Positions 26,589 through 35,390 of a stretch of 64,000 nucleotides of DNA are shown here, in pieces; positions within the stretch are counted from its first letter, which is position 1, and the number at the start of each line of letters is the position of its first letter. The position numbers and the translations under genes were made by a program. The DNA comes from a virus (lineage: Duplodnaviria; Caudoviricetes): positions 8,533 to 72,532 of IMG/VR virus record IMGVR_UViG_3300012038_000181, one strand, 5' to 3'. The notes beneath the pieces are model-generated. The model was given only the letters and a program-made list of their open reading frames with translations, did not search any database and was not told the DNA's origin.

Positions 26589-26861
26589 ATGTTTCAGCGC
26601 GAACCCGCAGTAATCTTCAACGGAGTAGCGGAACTGTTACGACAGCTCGTTCCCTTGCTCATTGTGTTTGGATTTATCCATTGGACAGACGTACAGATTG
26701 CCGCCGTGTTTGCCTTTTCTAGTGTGGCTCTGACGTTTCTCACGACCATCGCTACTCGCTCGCAAACAGTTTCGACGCAGACAGCAAACGCGCAGATTGA
26801 AACCGCGCTACGACTGCCCGCCTCAACTCCGGTAGCGCAAGTTGTTGAGCAGACCAAATAA
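26589..26861 (+). CDS. holin-like protein
   Basis: 90 aa, two TM segments, REPA motif, first gene of the lysis region, AAGGAG RBS. Confidence 0.65.
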   Translation: MFQREPAVIFNGVAELLRQLVPLLIVFGFIHWTDVQIAAVFAFSSVALTFLTTIATRSQTVSTQTANAQIETALRLPASTPVAQVVEQTK

Positions 26862-27032
26862 AAGTTTGTGGTTGCAGGTGAGCCAATGAAACGAGATGGT
26901 GAAAACGAAGGGAAAAATCAAACCGTCGGGTTCTAAGAATCACACGTTAGAAGACCTATAGTGGAGCGACACTAAACCAAATACGGACGGCACTGTGACC
27001 ACAATTTAACCAAAGAAAGCAGGTGATTTGAT

Positions 27033-27641
27033 TTGTTGAGACGTTCAAGACCTTACATCGCAAGTCTCTTAATGGTAGTAATCCTCGCCTGTAGTCCCGC
27101 AACCCTCGCTAATTACGCTGAATCAGTTGGTAAGTACGCACTCAAGACCAAACCTATCTTCCAGACCCTAATCGACTCAGGGAGTCTCCCGAACAACAAC
27201 ATCCTGGCACGCATTGATCAAGTATCACGAGACTCCAAGATACTCGCTGACGCGATCCGCGCAGGAGTGCATACCTCGATACTGACTGCGACCGCAGCCG
27301 TGATCAATGGCATTGAAGCCTTGATTGAGCAGGATGCGGAGTTAATCAAGAATCCACAGACTAGAGCGAAGGTTATCGGGTTTTTAGTAGCGGCAGAGAT
27401 AGCTATTGGAATCATTACCGACTCGTTCCCTGACACACATCACGCATACGCCTATGCTACTCAGGAGCAAGCAAAGGCTCTGGAAGTAGTGAAGGCTTTT
27501 AAGAAAAAGGTTCGTTGTCGCATGGCGGGAAGTGTCTACGACGAAGTAGATAAGAAACAGCGTGGCGCGGGACAATTTGCTCCCTTCAGGATGTGTGAGA
27601 AGTATCCTGACAAGACGGTGGTGGAGAGGATAAAACCGTGA
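27033..27641 (+). CDS. putative lipoprotein
   Basis: Basic n-region, hydrophobic stretch, ILA|C lipobox-like site. Confidence 0.5.
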   Translation: MLRRSRPYIASLLMVVILACSPATLANYAESVGKYALKTKPIFQTLIDSGSLPNNNILARIDQVSRDSKILADAIRAGVHTSILTATAAVINGIEALIEQDAELIKNPQTRAKVIGFLVAAEIAIGIITDSFPDTHHAYAYATQEQAKALEVVKAFKKKVRCRMAGSVYDEVDKKQRGAGQFAPFRMCEKYPDKTVVERIKP

Positions 27642-27792
27642 TGACCGAACAAAAGAAGATTGAGCGGCTAGCAGAGAACATCAAGCGGATCGTGAACAAC
27701 CCAATAGGCATTTACCGAGGTCGTGAAGAACTCCGACTAAAGGTAATCAACGGCACGGTAGCGAGTGCCTTGACAACGATCAAAAAGAAGTA

Positions 27793-28104
27793 ATGTGGGC
27801 ACACGTAATCATCATCGGTTTGTTGCTGGCAGTCTTACTACAGCGTCAAACAAAACTATCAACCTTAAAGAGAATCGAGGCAAAGATGAGTACTCAAGAA
27901 GAAAAATTGCAGGCCATAGCAGCGTCCCTTCCCGCGATTGCGGCAGGGATTGACACGTTGCAAGCGCAAGTAGCAGAACTCAAAGAGGGCAATCCTGATC
28001 TCAACGATGAGATTGCGGCAATTGAAACAACCTTAGCGACGATTGCCGCAGACTTGAATCCACCTGCTCCTGAGCCGGAACCCGAACCAACACCAGAGCC
28101 TTAA
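27793..28104 (+). CDS. TM plus coiled-coil protein with PE-rich tail (spanin-like candidate)
   Basis: N-terminal hydrophobic helix, heptad region, PAPEPEPEPTPEP tail. Confidence 0.5.
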   Translation: MWAHVIIIGLLLAVLLQRQTKLSTLKRIEAKMSTQEEKLQAIAASLPAIAAGIDTLQAQVAELKEGNPDLNDEIAAIETTLATIAADLNPPAPEPEPEPTPEP

Positions 28105-28111
28105 CAAAGAT

Positions 28112-28486
28112 TTGCGAGAATTGGCGGTGGGCCTAGGACTCCGAAGACGAACCGAATGGCAAGCAATACAGCAATGGCACGTTGATTCTCGCAAGTACAT
28201 CCACATGTTCAAGATCAACCTGGAAAGATTCGATGCCCGCGAACTTGGCGCATTGCTCGCCTTGGCTACCGTGTGCATTGTAGTCACAGTAACCGTGATA
28301 GGAATGCTTTTTAGACCACCCCATCCAGACGGGAGAGAAGCCTTGTATCACACCGTTAGCGGCTTGACTGGCTTGGCCGCAGGGTTATTAGGTGGTGGTG
28401 CAGCCGGATTTGCTCTTGCCGCTAAGAAGGCTGAGAAAGAGAAAGAAACCAAAGATGAGCGACCTAACGCTGACGCAGTTAGCTAA
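28112..28486 (+). CDS. two-TM membrane protein (second holin/antiholin candidate)
   Basis: Two hydrophobic segments and a charged C-tail directly before the endolysin; start probably MFKINL. Confidence 0.5.
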   Translation: MRELAVGLGLRRRTEWQAIQQWHVDSRKYIHMFKINLERFDARELGALLALATVCIVVTVTVIGMLFRPPHPDGREALYHTVSGLTGLAAGLLGGGAAGFALAAKKAEKEKETKDERPNADAVS

Positions 28487-28985
28487 CATCGCAAGTAGCT
28501 GTCCAGTCCCTAAGCTGGAAATCTATTTGCCCTTCCTCAACGAAGCAATGGCTGAAGGCGAAATCAACACACCTCTCCGACAGTCAATGTTTCTCGCTCA
28601 ACTACTGCATGAGTCCGGCGATTTCAAATGGATGGAAGAAATAGCATCAGGCGCAGCCTATGAAGGACGCAAAGACTTAGGGAATACACACACCGGAGAC
28701 GGTAAACGCTTCAAGGGCAGAGGCCCAATCCAATTAACAGGTAGAGCCAACTACAAGGCCGCAGGAGACGCGCTAGGCGTGGACTTTATCAACAGTCCTG
28801 AGATAGCAGCGTTCCCTGAATACGGCTTTAGAACCGCAGTCTGGTTCTGGGGTACACGTAACTTGAATGTCCCGTCTGACGCAGGAGACATCAAGACTGT
28901 AACCAAGAAGATCAACGGGGGCTTCAACGGTCTTGAGGATAGAAAAGCGCGATACGCAAAAGCAAAGAAGGTGCTCGGTGTATGA
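28455..28985 (+). CDS. endolysin, glycoside hydrolase family 19
   Basis: FLAQLLHESG, YEGRKDLGN, DGKRFKGRGPIQLTGRANY, TKKINGGFNGLEDR. Confidence 0.93.
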   Translation: MSDLTLTQLANIASSCPVPKLEIYLPFLNEAMAEGEINTPLRQSMFLAQLLHESGDFKWMEEIASGAAYEGRKDLGNTHTGDGKRFKGRGPIQLTGRANYKAAGDALGVDFINSPEIAAFPEYGFRTAVWFWGTRNLNVPSDAGDIKTVTKKINGGFNGLEDRKARYAKAKKVLGV

Positions 28986-29173
28986 CGTTGGAGATAGCCG
29001 ACATCGCCGCGTTAACAGGCATGATGGTAGTAGTTACCGGAGCCTTGGCCGTAATCACGAGATATTATGTGAAGGCAGAAATTCAACAAGCGGTAAATGA
29101 ATTGCGCTTGGAGTTATCCAAGGAAAGAGCAAGTATTTTGGAGTCACGAGTAGGAGAGAATAACAAGGCTTAA
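28982..29173 (+). CDS. small single-TM protein
   Basis: One hydrophobic helix plus short coiled coil; ATGA overlap with the endolysin. Confidence 0.55.
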   Translation: MTLEIADIAALTGMMVVVTGALAVITRYYVKAEIQQAVNELRLELSKERASILESRVGENNKA

Positions 29174-29382
29174 AATCAACGGGAACGACACCAGATAAAG
29201 CGTTCTCACCCCTGAGAATTATCCGATGCCGCCCCCGATTAGGTTGCCAATGTATACAGTAAGCGAGTAGAACGTAACTGAGAAAAGGTTACAAAATCAA
29301 GTATTAAACGTACAAAGGGTAGTGGAATAGAACCTTTTTGAAACTGATTTGAACCCGACTATGGCATATATTTGTCGCCATT

Positions 29383-29877
29383 ATGCGAGCCGAACACTTG
29401 AGCGATAACGTGAATGTACATCTCCATGCAACTAGAGCAGCAGAACGGGTTAAGACCAACGGACGGATGCCACAAATGTTGGATACGTCACAACCTTTTG
29501 CCAATCACGGGGATAGTGTATGGAAACGCTTTAAGGAACGCTGGTTTAAATGGGAGTACAACCTTACCGTGGCAGGAAGAACGATAGAAAAAGGGTGGGT
29601 CGTCCCTCAACCTCTCGGTATTGCCCTCATTCTCGTAATGATCAGCGGTACTAGCGTGTTGTATTGGCGCATTATTGACAGCCAGGCATCGCAAGACAGA
29701 GAAGTCACTGAGAAGCTGCAAGCCCAACGCGATCTCCTCATAGAAGTCAAAACAACGCTAGCAATCAAGGCTGAGGCCGACAGAGAGAAGCAGCGCAAGA
29801 ACGAAGAAGACGATCAGCTTCAAGATATGCAGATTCAGGACTTAAAGGACAAGCTCTTGGTACTCAACTCGAAATGA
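29383..29877 (+). CDS. single-TM coiled-coil protein
   Basis: LGIALILVMISGTSVLYW followed by a heptad region; start uncertain. Confidence 0.55.
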   Translation: MRAEHLSDNVNVHLHATRAAERVKTNGRMPQMLDTSQPFANHGDSVWKRFKERWFKWEYNLTVAGRTIEKGWVVPQPLGIALILVMISGTSVLYWRIIDSQASQDREVTEKLQAQRDLLIEVKTTLAIKAEADREKQRKNEEDDQLQDMQIQDLKDKLLVLNSK

Positions 29878-29900
29878 GGTTAGCTTAAATGGGTGGGCAG

Positions 29901-30581
29901 TCAAGATCGTTGCCGCAGTCGGCGCACATTCCATCCGGTCTTGTCGGTATCGACAGGAATAGTGAGCGTGTCTTCCGTACTCCATCCGTCAATCAGGCGG
30001 TTCCAGATATTAGTTTGACTGATTCCCAACTCGGTCGCCCACTGAGAAATCGTTTGAACTTTCCCTCGAAATCTCAAGCGGCGATTGGTTCGCTTATTGT
30101 TGGTCTGTTCTGGCATAGTGGCCCATACGCAGTTATCAGGAGAGTAGCCGAGTTCGTTGTTTTCGCGCTCAAGCGAGTGATTAGCGGAAGGACGTTTGCC
30201 CATATCACTCAGAAAGTTAGCAGCCGTTTTCCATCGGTCGCAGACCGTAATACCCCGCGCTCCGTAGTTGTGGTATTCGACATTCTTAGGGTTCCCGCAG
30301 CGATCCATCATGTGCGCCCAAGCGGCATACTCAGGAGTCTTGGTCATACCATGTTTGAACTGTCGCGCTATTTGCAGTTCTGTTTTATGACATCCGCAGG
30401 AAACGCTAGATTCATTCTTCAGCGTATTGCCGCGCACTATCTTCTCTTTCCCACACGCACAGCGACACAGCCAACGCGGAACGGTGCTTCCGCCTTTGGC
30501 ATACTTGTAAATGGCTTTATCGTGAAATTTAAGCACAGTCCAGCGTCCGAACGATTGGCCTGTAATGTCTTGTATCTGCAT
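29901..30581 (-). CDS. free-standing HNH homing endonuclease
   Basis: GQSFGRWTVL...WLCRCACG, EYAAWAHMMDRC, YGARGITVCDRW, SLERENNELGYSPDNCVWAT...NNKR. Confidence 0.9.
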   Translation of the reverse strand: MQIQDITGQSFGRWTVLKFHDKAIYKYAKGGSTVPRWLCRCACGKEKIVRGNTLKNESSVSCGCHKTELQIARQFKHGMTKTPEYAAWAHMMDRCGNPKNVEYHNYGARGITVCDRWKTAANFLSDMGKRPSANHSLERENNELGYSPDNCVWATMPEQTNNKRTNRRLRFRGKVQTISQWATELGISQTNIWNRLIDGWSTEDTLTIPVDTDKTGWNVRRLRQRS

Positions 30582-30616
30582 GCATTAAGCATAGCATAAC
30601 AAAGGAGAAATGGGAA

Positions 30617-30850
30617 GTGGGGGGCCAGTCTTGCAAATTGAAAATCATTCTCAACGGTGGCGTGGTTGAATCCGTCGCTCACAAACTCTGCTATGCAGTC
30701 GAAGAAACCCCTGCGGACGCTATCGACTATGATTACGGGATTAAGATCGTGGAACAGTTGAACAAGGCTGAGGATGCCATGTTCGCCGCCCAACGATTAT
30801 TCCTTGAGTCGCAAGACTTCCACGGGCCGTGGCCTAAATCTCTTTCGTAG
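30617..30850 (+). CDS. hypothetical protein (HNH target gene with regenerated start)
   Basis: AAGGAG RBS 9 nt before GTG; begins MGGQS, same as the orphan start at 29889. Confidence 0.65.
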   Translation: MGGQSCKLKIILNGGVVESVAHKLCYAVEETPADAIDYDYGIKIVEQLNKAEDAMFAAQRLFLESQDFHGPWPKSLS

Positions 30851-31024
30851 TTACCCCTTAATCGGCCAACCAAAGGCAGCGATACCAAGTAACGCCAAGA
30901 GAACCCACAGCAAAAGACTGTAGCCAAAGGGTCGATAGTTAGGCGCACTTGTCGGTGGATAGATAAACCAACCAAAGATTAACGTCAGCAGCATCAAAAT
31001 CCAGAATAATAAAGCTATAGTCAA
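30851..31024 (-). CDS. small two-TM membrane protein
   Basis: AGGAG RBS before TTG; TIALLFWILMLL...LLLWVLLALLGIAAFGWP. Confidence 0.65.
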   Translation of the reverse strand: MTIALLFWILMLLTLIFGWFIYPPTSAPNYRPFGYSLLLWVLLALLGIAAFGWPIKG

Positions 31025-31234
31025 AATAGTTTCTCCTAGTCGAGATATGGGACTACTAAAGGGGTGAGGCCCAAGTATAGCACTACATCCAAGTTCCGAG
31101 TTGGTAATGCTTAGGCGGCAGCGGTTCGTCAATAATGCGCCTATCCTTTGCAATCCAGCGAGCAAGCCGATCAATCGGTACGCCTAGCAACGCTCGCACA
31201 AAGCAGAACACCATTACATTAAACCAAAGGTATC

Positions 31235-31429
31235 TCATGTTGTTACCGCCTTTCTCGGTCTACCTAAAGCCCTCGGATAGTTCCTTACCTGGTCAGCTTG
31301 TTTCTCAGTCAGAACGAAGACTCTCCCGATCTGTTTCGGTTTAATGTTCAAGAGTTTAATCCTATTGGTAAGTTGTCGTTGTTTAACCTTTAGTTCAGCT
31401 TCTAAGTCCTTAGTAGTGATATAATTCAT
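31235..31429 (-). CDS. excisionase/MerR-like HTH protein
   Basis: MNYITTKDLEAELKVKQRQL...QIGRVFVLTEKQAD...GRPRK; resembles the 12866 ORF. Confidence 0.65.
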   Translation of the reverse strand: MNYITTKDLEAELKVKQRQLTNRIKLLNIKPKQIGRVFVLTEKQADQVRNYPRALGRPRKAVTT

Positions 31430-31824
31430 GCTGATACGGCCTCTGCTTTCTTGAATGTCTCCCACGTTGGCTCGTTGAGAGCAGCAAAGGCATCAAAGGA
31501 AATCTTGTTGCCAATAGCAACGGCCATGTCTCCACCTTGTTCTTTGGTGGTGTAAATCATGCCGCTATCAGGATCAACCACGATGATCGGATACGAGTTG
31601 TCCCAAACTTTTGTTGTGATACCAAAGCCCGTTTCATCACCTTGACAGCCATCAGTCATGGCATCAAAGATAATCCGTGAAAGGTACTGAGTGTCACCCC
31701 ATCGCACACGCCGCGAGATTGCCTTGTGAAGCATTGCGGGCAGTTGATAGCCTCCTGAGTGTGTGTAAAGAACAACGGCACTCCCATCACCTTGTAGAAT
31801 TGCGATATTTGCTCTGTCTCCCAT
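31426..31824 (-). CDS. conserved phage hypothetical protein
   Basis: MGDRANI...VVLYTHSGG...YLSRIIF pattern. Confidence 0.65.
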   Translation of the reverse strand: MGDRANIAILQGDGSAVVLYTHSGGYQLPAMLHKAISRRVRWGDTQYLSRIIFDAMTDGCQGDETGFGITTKVWDNSYPIIVVDPDSGMIYTTKEQGGDMAVAIGNKISFDAFAALNEPTWETFKKAEAVSA

Positions 31825-31827
31825 TGT

Positions 31828-32274
31828 CTACCTTCTTTCTGCTACTTCTTCTAGTAGCGTGTCTAGATCGTTTAGAATGCTTTCGTCGTCCGATGGAAAC
31901 TCAGACCGTTTTGTCGTCATGGACTCCATCAAGTCACGCTCGCGCAACGGATCAATCGTGGCCTTCTCTGCGATTTGCTCGCCTTGTGAGACGTTTTCAG
32001 CTATTGGTTGAGGGTTAGTACCCTGTAAGGCTTGGCGAGCCTTTAGCATTACTTCAGGCGTTAAATCGACGCAAGAATCGACAGCGTTGTAAAGATCGCC
32101 CAAAGCGGATTCTAGTTCACTAATACGTGCTAGTAGTTGCTCTGTAGTCGGCTTAGTAGTTGCTTGCTGAACGCGCCATCTATCTAAAAACCGTTGTTCA
32201 TCGGTCGTGCGCTCATTCCAAACCTTGTCGTAAATCCGATCTGCTTCTCTCCTATCTGCAATTAGGTTGTCCAT
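31828..32274 (-). CDS. hypothetical protein
   Basis: AAGGAG RBS; 148 aa. Confidence 0.6.
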   Translation of the reverse strand: MDNLIADRREADRIYDKVWNERTTDEQRFLDRWRVQQATTKPTTEQLLARISELESALGDLYNAVDSCVDLTPEVMLKARQALQGTNPQPIAENVSQGEQIAEKATIDPLRERDLMESMTTKRSEFPSDDESILNDLDTLLEEVAERR

Positions 32275-32358
32275 TTCTTCTCCTTCTGCGTTAGTAAGTT
32301 AAGATTCCAAAGCGGCTGAATTGATAACCGTAGCAGCCGCTACTACGGACTTGAAGGT

Positions 32359-32535
32359 TTAGCTCAAAAGGTCGTACACGTTAAGAACTATCTCGTTACC
32401 TTCACACCGTTCAGCATTTGCAGCCTCTTGAGTAGGAAATTTGCGCGCATTCTCTAGGCTGTGTGTATAGCTAGACTTGCTACCCTCACGAGCCACATAG
32501 CCGCCACCTTGATCCGTTCGTTTGATTACGTACAT
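32359..32535 (-). CDS. small hypothetical protein
   Basis: Hand translation MYVIKRTDQGGGYVAREGSKSSYTHSLENARKF...; AAGGAG RBS. Confidence 0.6.
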   Translation of the reverse strand: MYVIKRTDQGGGYVAREGSKSSYTHSLENARKFPTQEAANAERCEGNEIVLNVYDLLS

Positions 32536-32614
32536 TTGCCTATCTCCTTCTAAGTTTAAGATTTAGCGATAGTTTACGTGTACCGCTAACACGGGCAGAA
32601 TAGGATCAGTTATC

Positions 32615-33433
32615 CTACCTGCTGGAATAACTGCGGGCTTGTGCTTTGATTTCGTAGTCAAAGGGAAACTCTGATGCTACGTCTAACAATTTGCTTGCAA
32701 AGTCGTCCGTTACCTTGTCGCGCCATCCAAACGTCAAGATTTTTGTGTGATCGTAATAGATAGCGTTATCGGTCGGGATGTCGTGATCCATGAGCCAAAG
32801 CATTACATCGCGGTTTTCGGTTGCTTTGCGTATTGTTTGATCACATTGATCAACTACGTCTTGCCTACGCTTGGCTTTCAAGTCGGCTTGTCGTTCCGCT
32901 AACGGCTTTTTAGGTGCAGGAATGGTTAGCGGCTTGGCTTCCGGTAGTTCGGGTAGGTTGTCGCCAAACAATGCGGCCATGTCTTCGCGCCATTTAGCCA
33001 TCAACGCGGGAAAGCGAGCGACTAGAAACGATTGTAATTCCACGTCCGTTAGCGTCTCAAGATTCACTTCAGCGTCGGATTCTAACGCGCCATAAACTAT
33101 GGTAGACTTGAGGTATTCCAGGTTGCGAGCATTCTCCATGCCTACGCAAAAACCAGCGTGATACTCGGCGTTAGCTAGATAGTGCATAGGGCCATCTGTA
33201 CTCGTAAGATGCCAACGCACCAAAGGAGCTAATTCAGGAAAGAACTGCTCAACTTCGTCGTGCATACAACCACCGGCAACCCACCTATTACCTTCTCGAA
33301 GGTCGCCTCTGATGCTGAAATATGGGTGTTGATTGCCAATGCTGTGAAGTTCGGCTTTTGCTGTGAATGTGCCTTTATCCGGCAAACCTGCCTTGATGAA
33401 AGTCTTGACTGCGTAAGTTTTATCGTTTGCCAT
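32615..33433 (-). CDS. conserved phage hypothetical protein (early region)
   Basis: 272 aa; PYFSI.G...GGCMHDE...FPELAPL.RWHL...GPMHYLAN. Confidence 0.7.
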   Translation of the reverse strand: MANDKTYAVKTFIKAGLPDKGTFTAKAELHSIGNQHPYFSIRGDLREGNRWVAGGCMHDEVEQFFPELAPLVRWHLTSTDGPMHYLANAEYHAGFCVGMENARNLEYLKSTIVYGALESDAEVNLETLTDVELQSFLVARFPALMAKWREDMAALFGDNLPELPEAKPLTIPAPKKPLAERQADLKAKRRQDVVDQCDQTIRKATENRDVMLWLMDHDIPTDNAIYYDHTKILTFGWRDKVTDDFASKLLDVASEFPFDYEIKAQARSYSSR

Positions 33434-33784
33434 GATGCTGATCCTCTCGATGATTTTTGTACTCTCTTAGAGTAAATAAAGGGTTAGATACCGAGGTCTT
33501 CGACTTTCTTACTTGCGGTATAAAGCGCGTTTGACGCACTTTCCCAGGGTTTAGCTGTCGCGTTATCTTGCCAATTAACCTTGATAGGCATCCCAGAAGT
33601 AAGGCACATAAAGCATTTCGCCTTCAAACTTGCCAGGGTTACGAATGATGCCATTATCATCAATGTTGTACTCGGAAGTGATTTGTTCGCGTGTCATTAG
33701 TTTATCTACTCCTTTGTTGTTTCAATCTCGAACATTTGAGAGAACGCGGCAAAGTTTCAATAAACTCTGCCGGATTGCCTCAAA

Positions 33785-34042
33785 TTAGATATAATGCTCA
33801 CCACGAAACGCGTCGTAATTAACACGTTGACACTCGTTGTACATGCGCTCGATAGCGTTACAATTCGCGTCATCGTAAACCTTCCACCAGCCCTGAGAGC
33901 TGTAGTACTCTTCGTCTGTTAAGACTTGCGCGACCATTGCATCAGCAATAGCATGGCGACGATCATCGCGGACTTGCTCTTCCAGCCAAGCGGTCAAGTG
34001 TTTACGGACATAAGGATCAGAAAGTTGTTTAATAGAATCCAT
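33785..34042 (-). CDS. hypothetical protein, first gene of the early operon
   Basis: AAGGAG RBS, downstream of a strong promoter. Confidence 0.6.
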   Translation of the reverse strand: MDSIKQLSDPYVRKHLTAWLEEQVRDDRRHAIADAMVAQVLTDEEYYSSQGWWKVYDDANCNAIERMYNECQRVNYDAFRGEHYI

Positions 34043-34081
34043 AGCGTATCTCCTTTATCAAGTAAGCATCGAACAAACATA

Positions 34082-34111
34082 CTTATACTCTTGAGAGTAA
34101 TCATCTGTCAA
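34082..34111 (-). promoter_or_regulatory. near-consensus leftward (early) promoter
   Basis: TTGACA (34111-34106), N18, TATAAG (34087-34082). Confidence 0.75.
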
Positions 34112-34180
34112 TACAATTCTTCTCTCAAGAGCATTATTAAAGCGCGATACTGTTCGCCCTTTGTACGCCAATAAAAGAAC

Positions 34181-34210
34181 TTGCCAAAATATTGAGTAAA
34201 TTGCTAAGGT
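34181..34210 (+). promoter_or_regulatory. promoter for terS
   Basis: TTGCCA, N18, TAAGGT with TG extension; ATG 10 nt downstream, no SD. Confidence 0.5.
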
Positions 34211-34220
34211 TTAGCGCAAG

Positions 34221-34667
34221 ATGGCCACAGAGACCGCGCAACTAGAAATCCGGCGAGCACAGTACCGTGATTACCCAGAAGACCTAAAAGCCGCTGTAAT
34301 CGCCGCAATTGAGAACAACGGCGGCAATGTCCTCGCTACCTCAAAGCTTTTCAATCTTCCCAGGGATACCGTCAACTATTGGTGGAAACACTCAGACCGC
34401 TTTGTTGAAGTTAAACAAGCTAGCTCTGCCAATCTTGCCGATAAATACGAACAATTAGCCCATTCTTACGTCGAATCTCTTTCAGAACATGATCAATCTT
34501 TAGTGACCGCAAGAGATAAAATCTACATTGCTTCAACCGCAACACAGATGACGCAGCTCTTGAGAGGTGAGCCGACCGCAATTGTTGGACAGGTTGAGCG
34601 CACAGATGTGACAGTGATCCTGCAATCCGCCTTGAGCGATGCAATCGACATAACACCTACAGACTGA
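34221..34667 (+). CDS. putative terminase small subunit
   Basis: N-terminal HTH (AAIENNGGNVLATSKLFNLPRDTVNYW), helical middle, QLLRGEPT motif. Confidence 0.55.
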   Translation: MATETAQLEIRRAQYRDYPEDLKAAVIAAIENNGGNVLATSKLFNLPRDTVNYWWKHSDRFVEVKQASSANLADKYEQLAHSYVESLSEHDQSLVTARDKIYIASTATQMTQLLRGEPTAIVGQVERTDVTVILQSALSDAIDITPTD

Positions 34668-34974
34668 GCAAGTTAAACCTCGAACAACAAAATAACATAT
34701 GGTCTATTATCAGACCCAACGCGCTAAGTGTATGCGTATCAGTGTGTTGTGAGTGTGACCATCGAGCGTGACCGATGCTCTAGAGCGTGTGTGTACGTGT
34801 TACATGCGGTCAAGTTCTTGATAATTGAGGGTTTAGGGGTGGGGTGAGGGATCGATCTTTCCGGCTGGATTGCCAGGTCGAGGTACGTCAGGTTCGCGGG
34901 GCAGTGCGTCTTGCCAGATCGTCACGAAGCGTATTGAGAGAGATGTCTTGGGAGAGGGACTTCTGAAATACCTA

Positions 34975-35038
34975 TTGACATAGGACTAGGATTAGGTATA
35001 GGATTAGGCCGTTCTATTCATATAGGAGGAGGTATAGG
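34975..35038 (+). promoter_or_regulatory. promoter overlaid by phased TAGG hexamer repeats
   Basis: TTGACA (34975-34980), N18, TAGGAT (34999-35004); TAGG at 34981, 34987, 34993, 34999, 35005, 35023, 35035. Confidence 0.7.
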
Positions 35039-35039
35039 A

Positions 35040-35390
35040 ATGGCGTTTCAAGAGTTCAGGAAGACGGATGGGAATTCGGAGCCAAAGGTGACTCTCCGAG
35101 CAAATAGTAATTCGGCAGAGGTGAGCGGGGCGGTTCGGGGATTAATGGGGAGTCCGGCGCGGGTAAAATGGCTTTGGGACGCTGAGGCTGGGAGGATTGG
35201 GCTGCGAGTGTCAGAGAACGGAGAAGCGGGGTATCCGCTACGGAAGTCAAGGCAAGGACATGTCTCGTTGTTGAGTTCGGGGGCTTTTGTAAACCGCTAC
35301 GGCGTTCCTGCTGGTGTTTATCAGTACGTTTCGACCGAGAGTGGGGTGTACATCTTTGAGCGCGAGGGAGAAAATGGGCTTTCAAAGTAA
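35040..35390 (+). CDS. hypothetical protein, possibly AbrB-like
   Basis: GGAGG RBS; PKVTL...VKWLWD...IGL pattern. Confidence 0.55.
   Translation: MAFQEFRKTDGNSEPKVTLRANSNSAEVSGAVRGLMGSPARVKWLWDAEAGRIGLRVSENGEAGYPLRKSRQGHVSLLSSGAFVNRYGVPAGVYQYVSTESGVYIFEREGENGLSK

Noticed and set aside
29889-30599. 236-aa plus-strand ORF over HNH 2
   Set aside because: Only the first five codons (MGGQS) are meaningful, as the orphaned target start; the rest is antisense shadow
33480-33700. Short ORF MTREQITSEY...PGKFEGEMLYVPYFWDAYQG* followed by an out-of-frame tail
   Set aside because: Possibly a truncated or chimeric early gene, but I cannot establish the expected full length without a search
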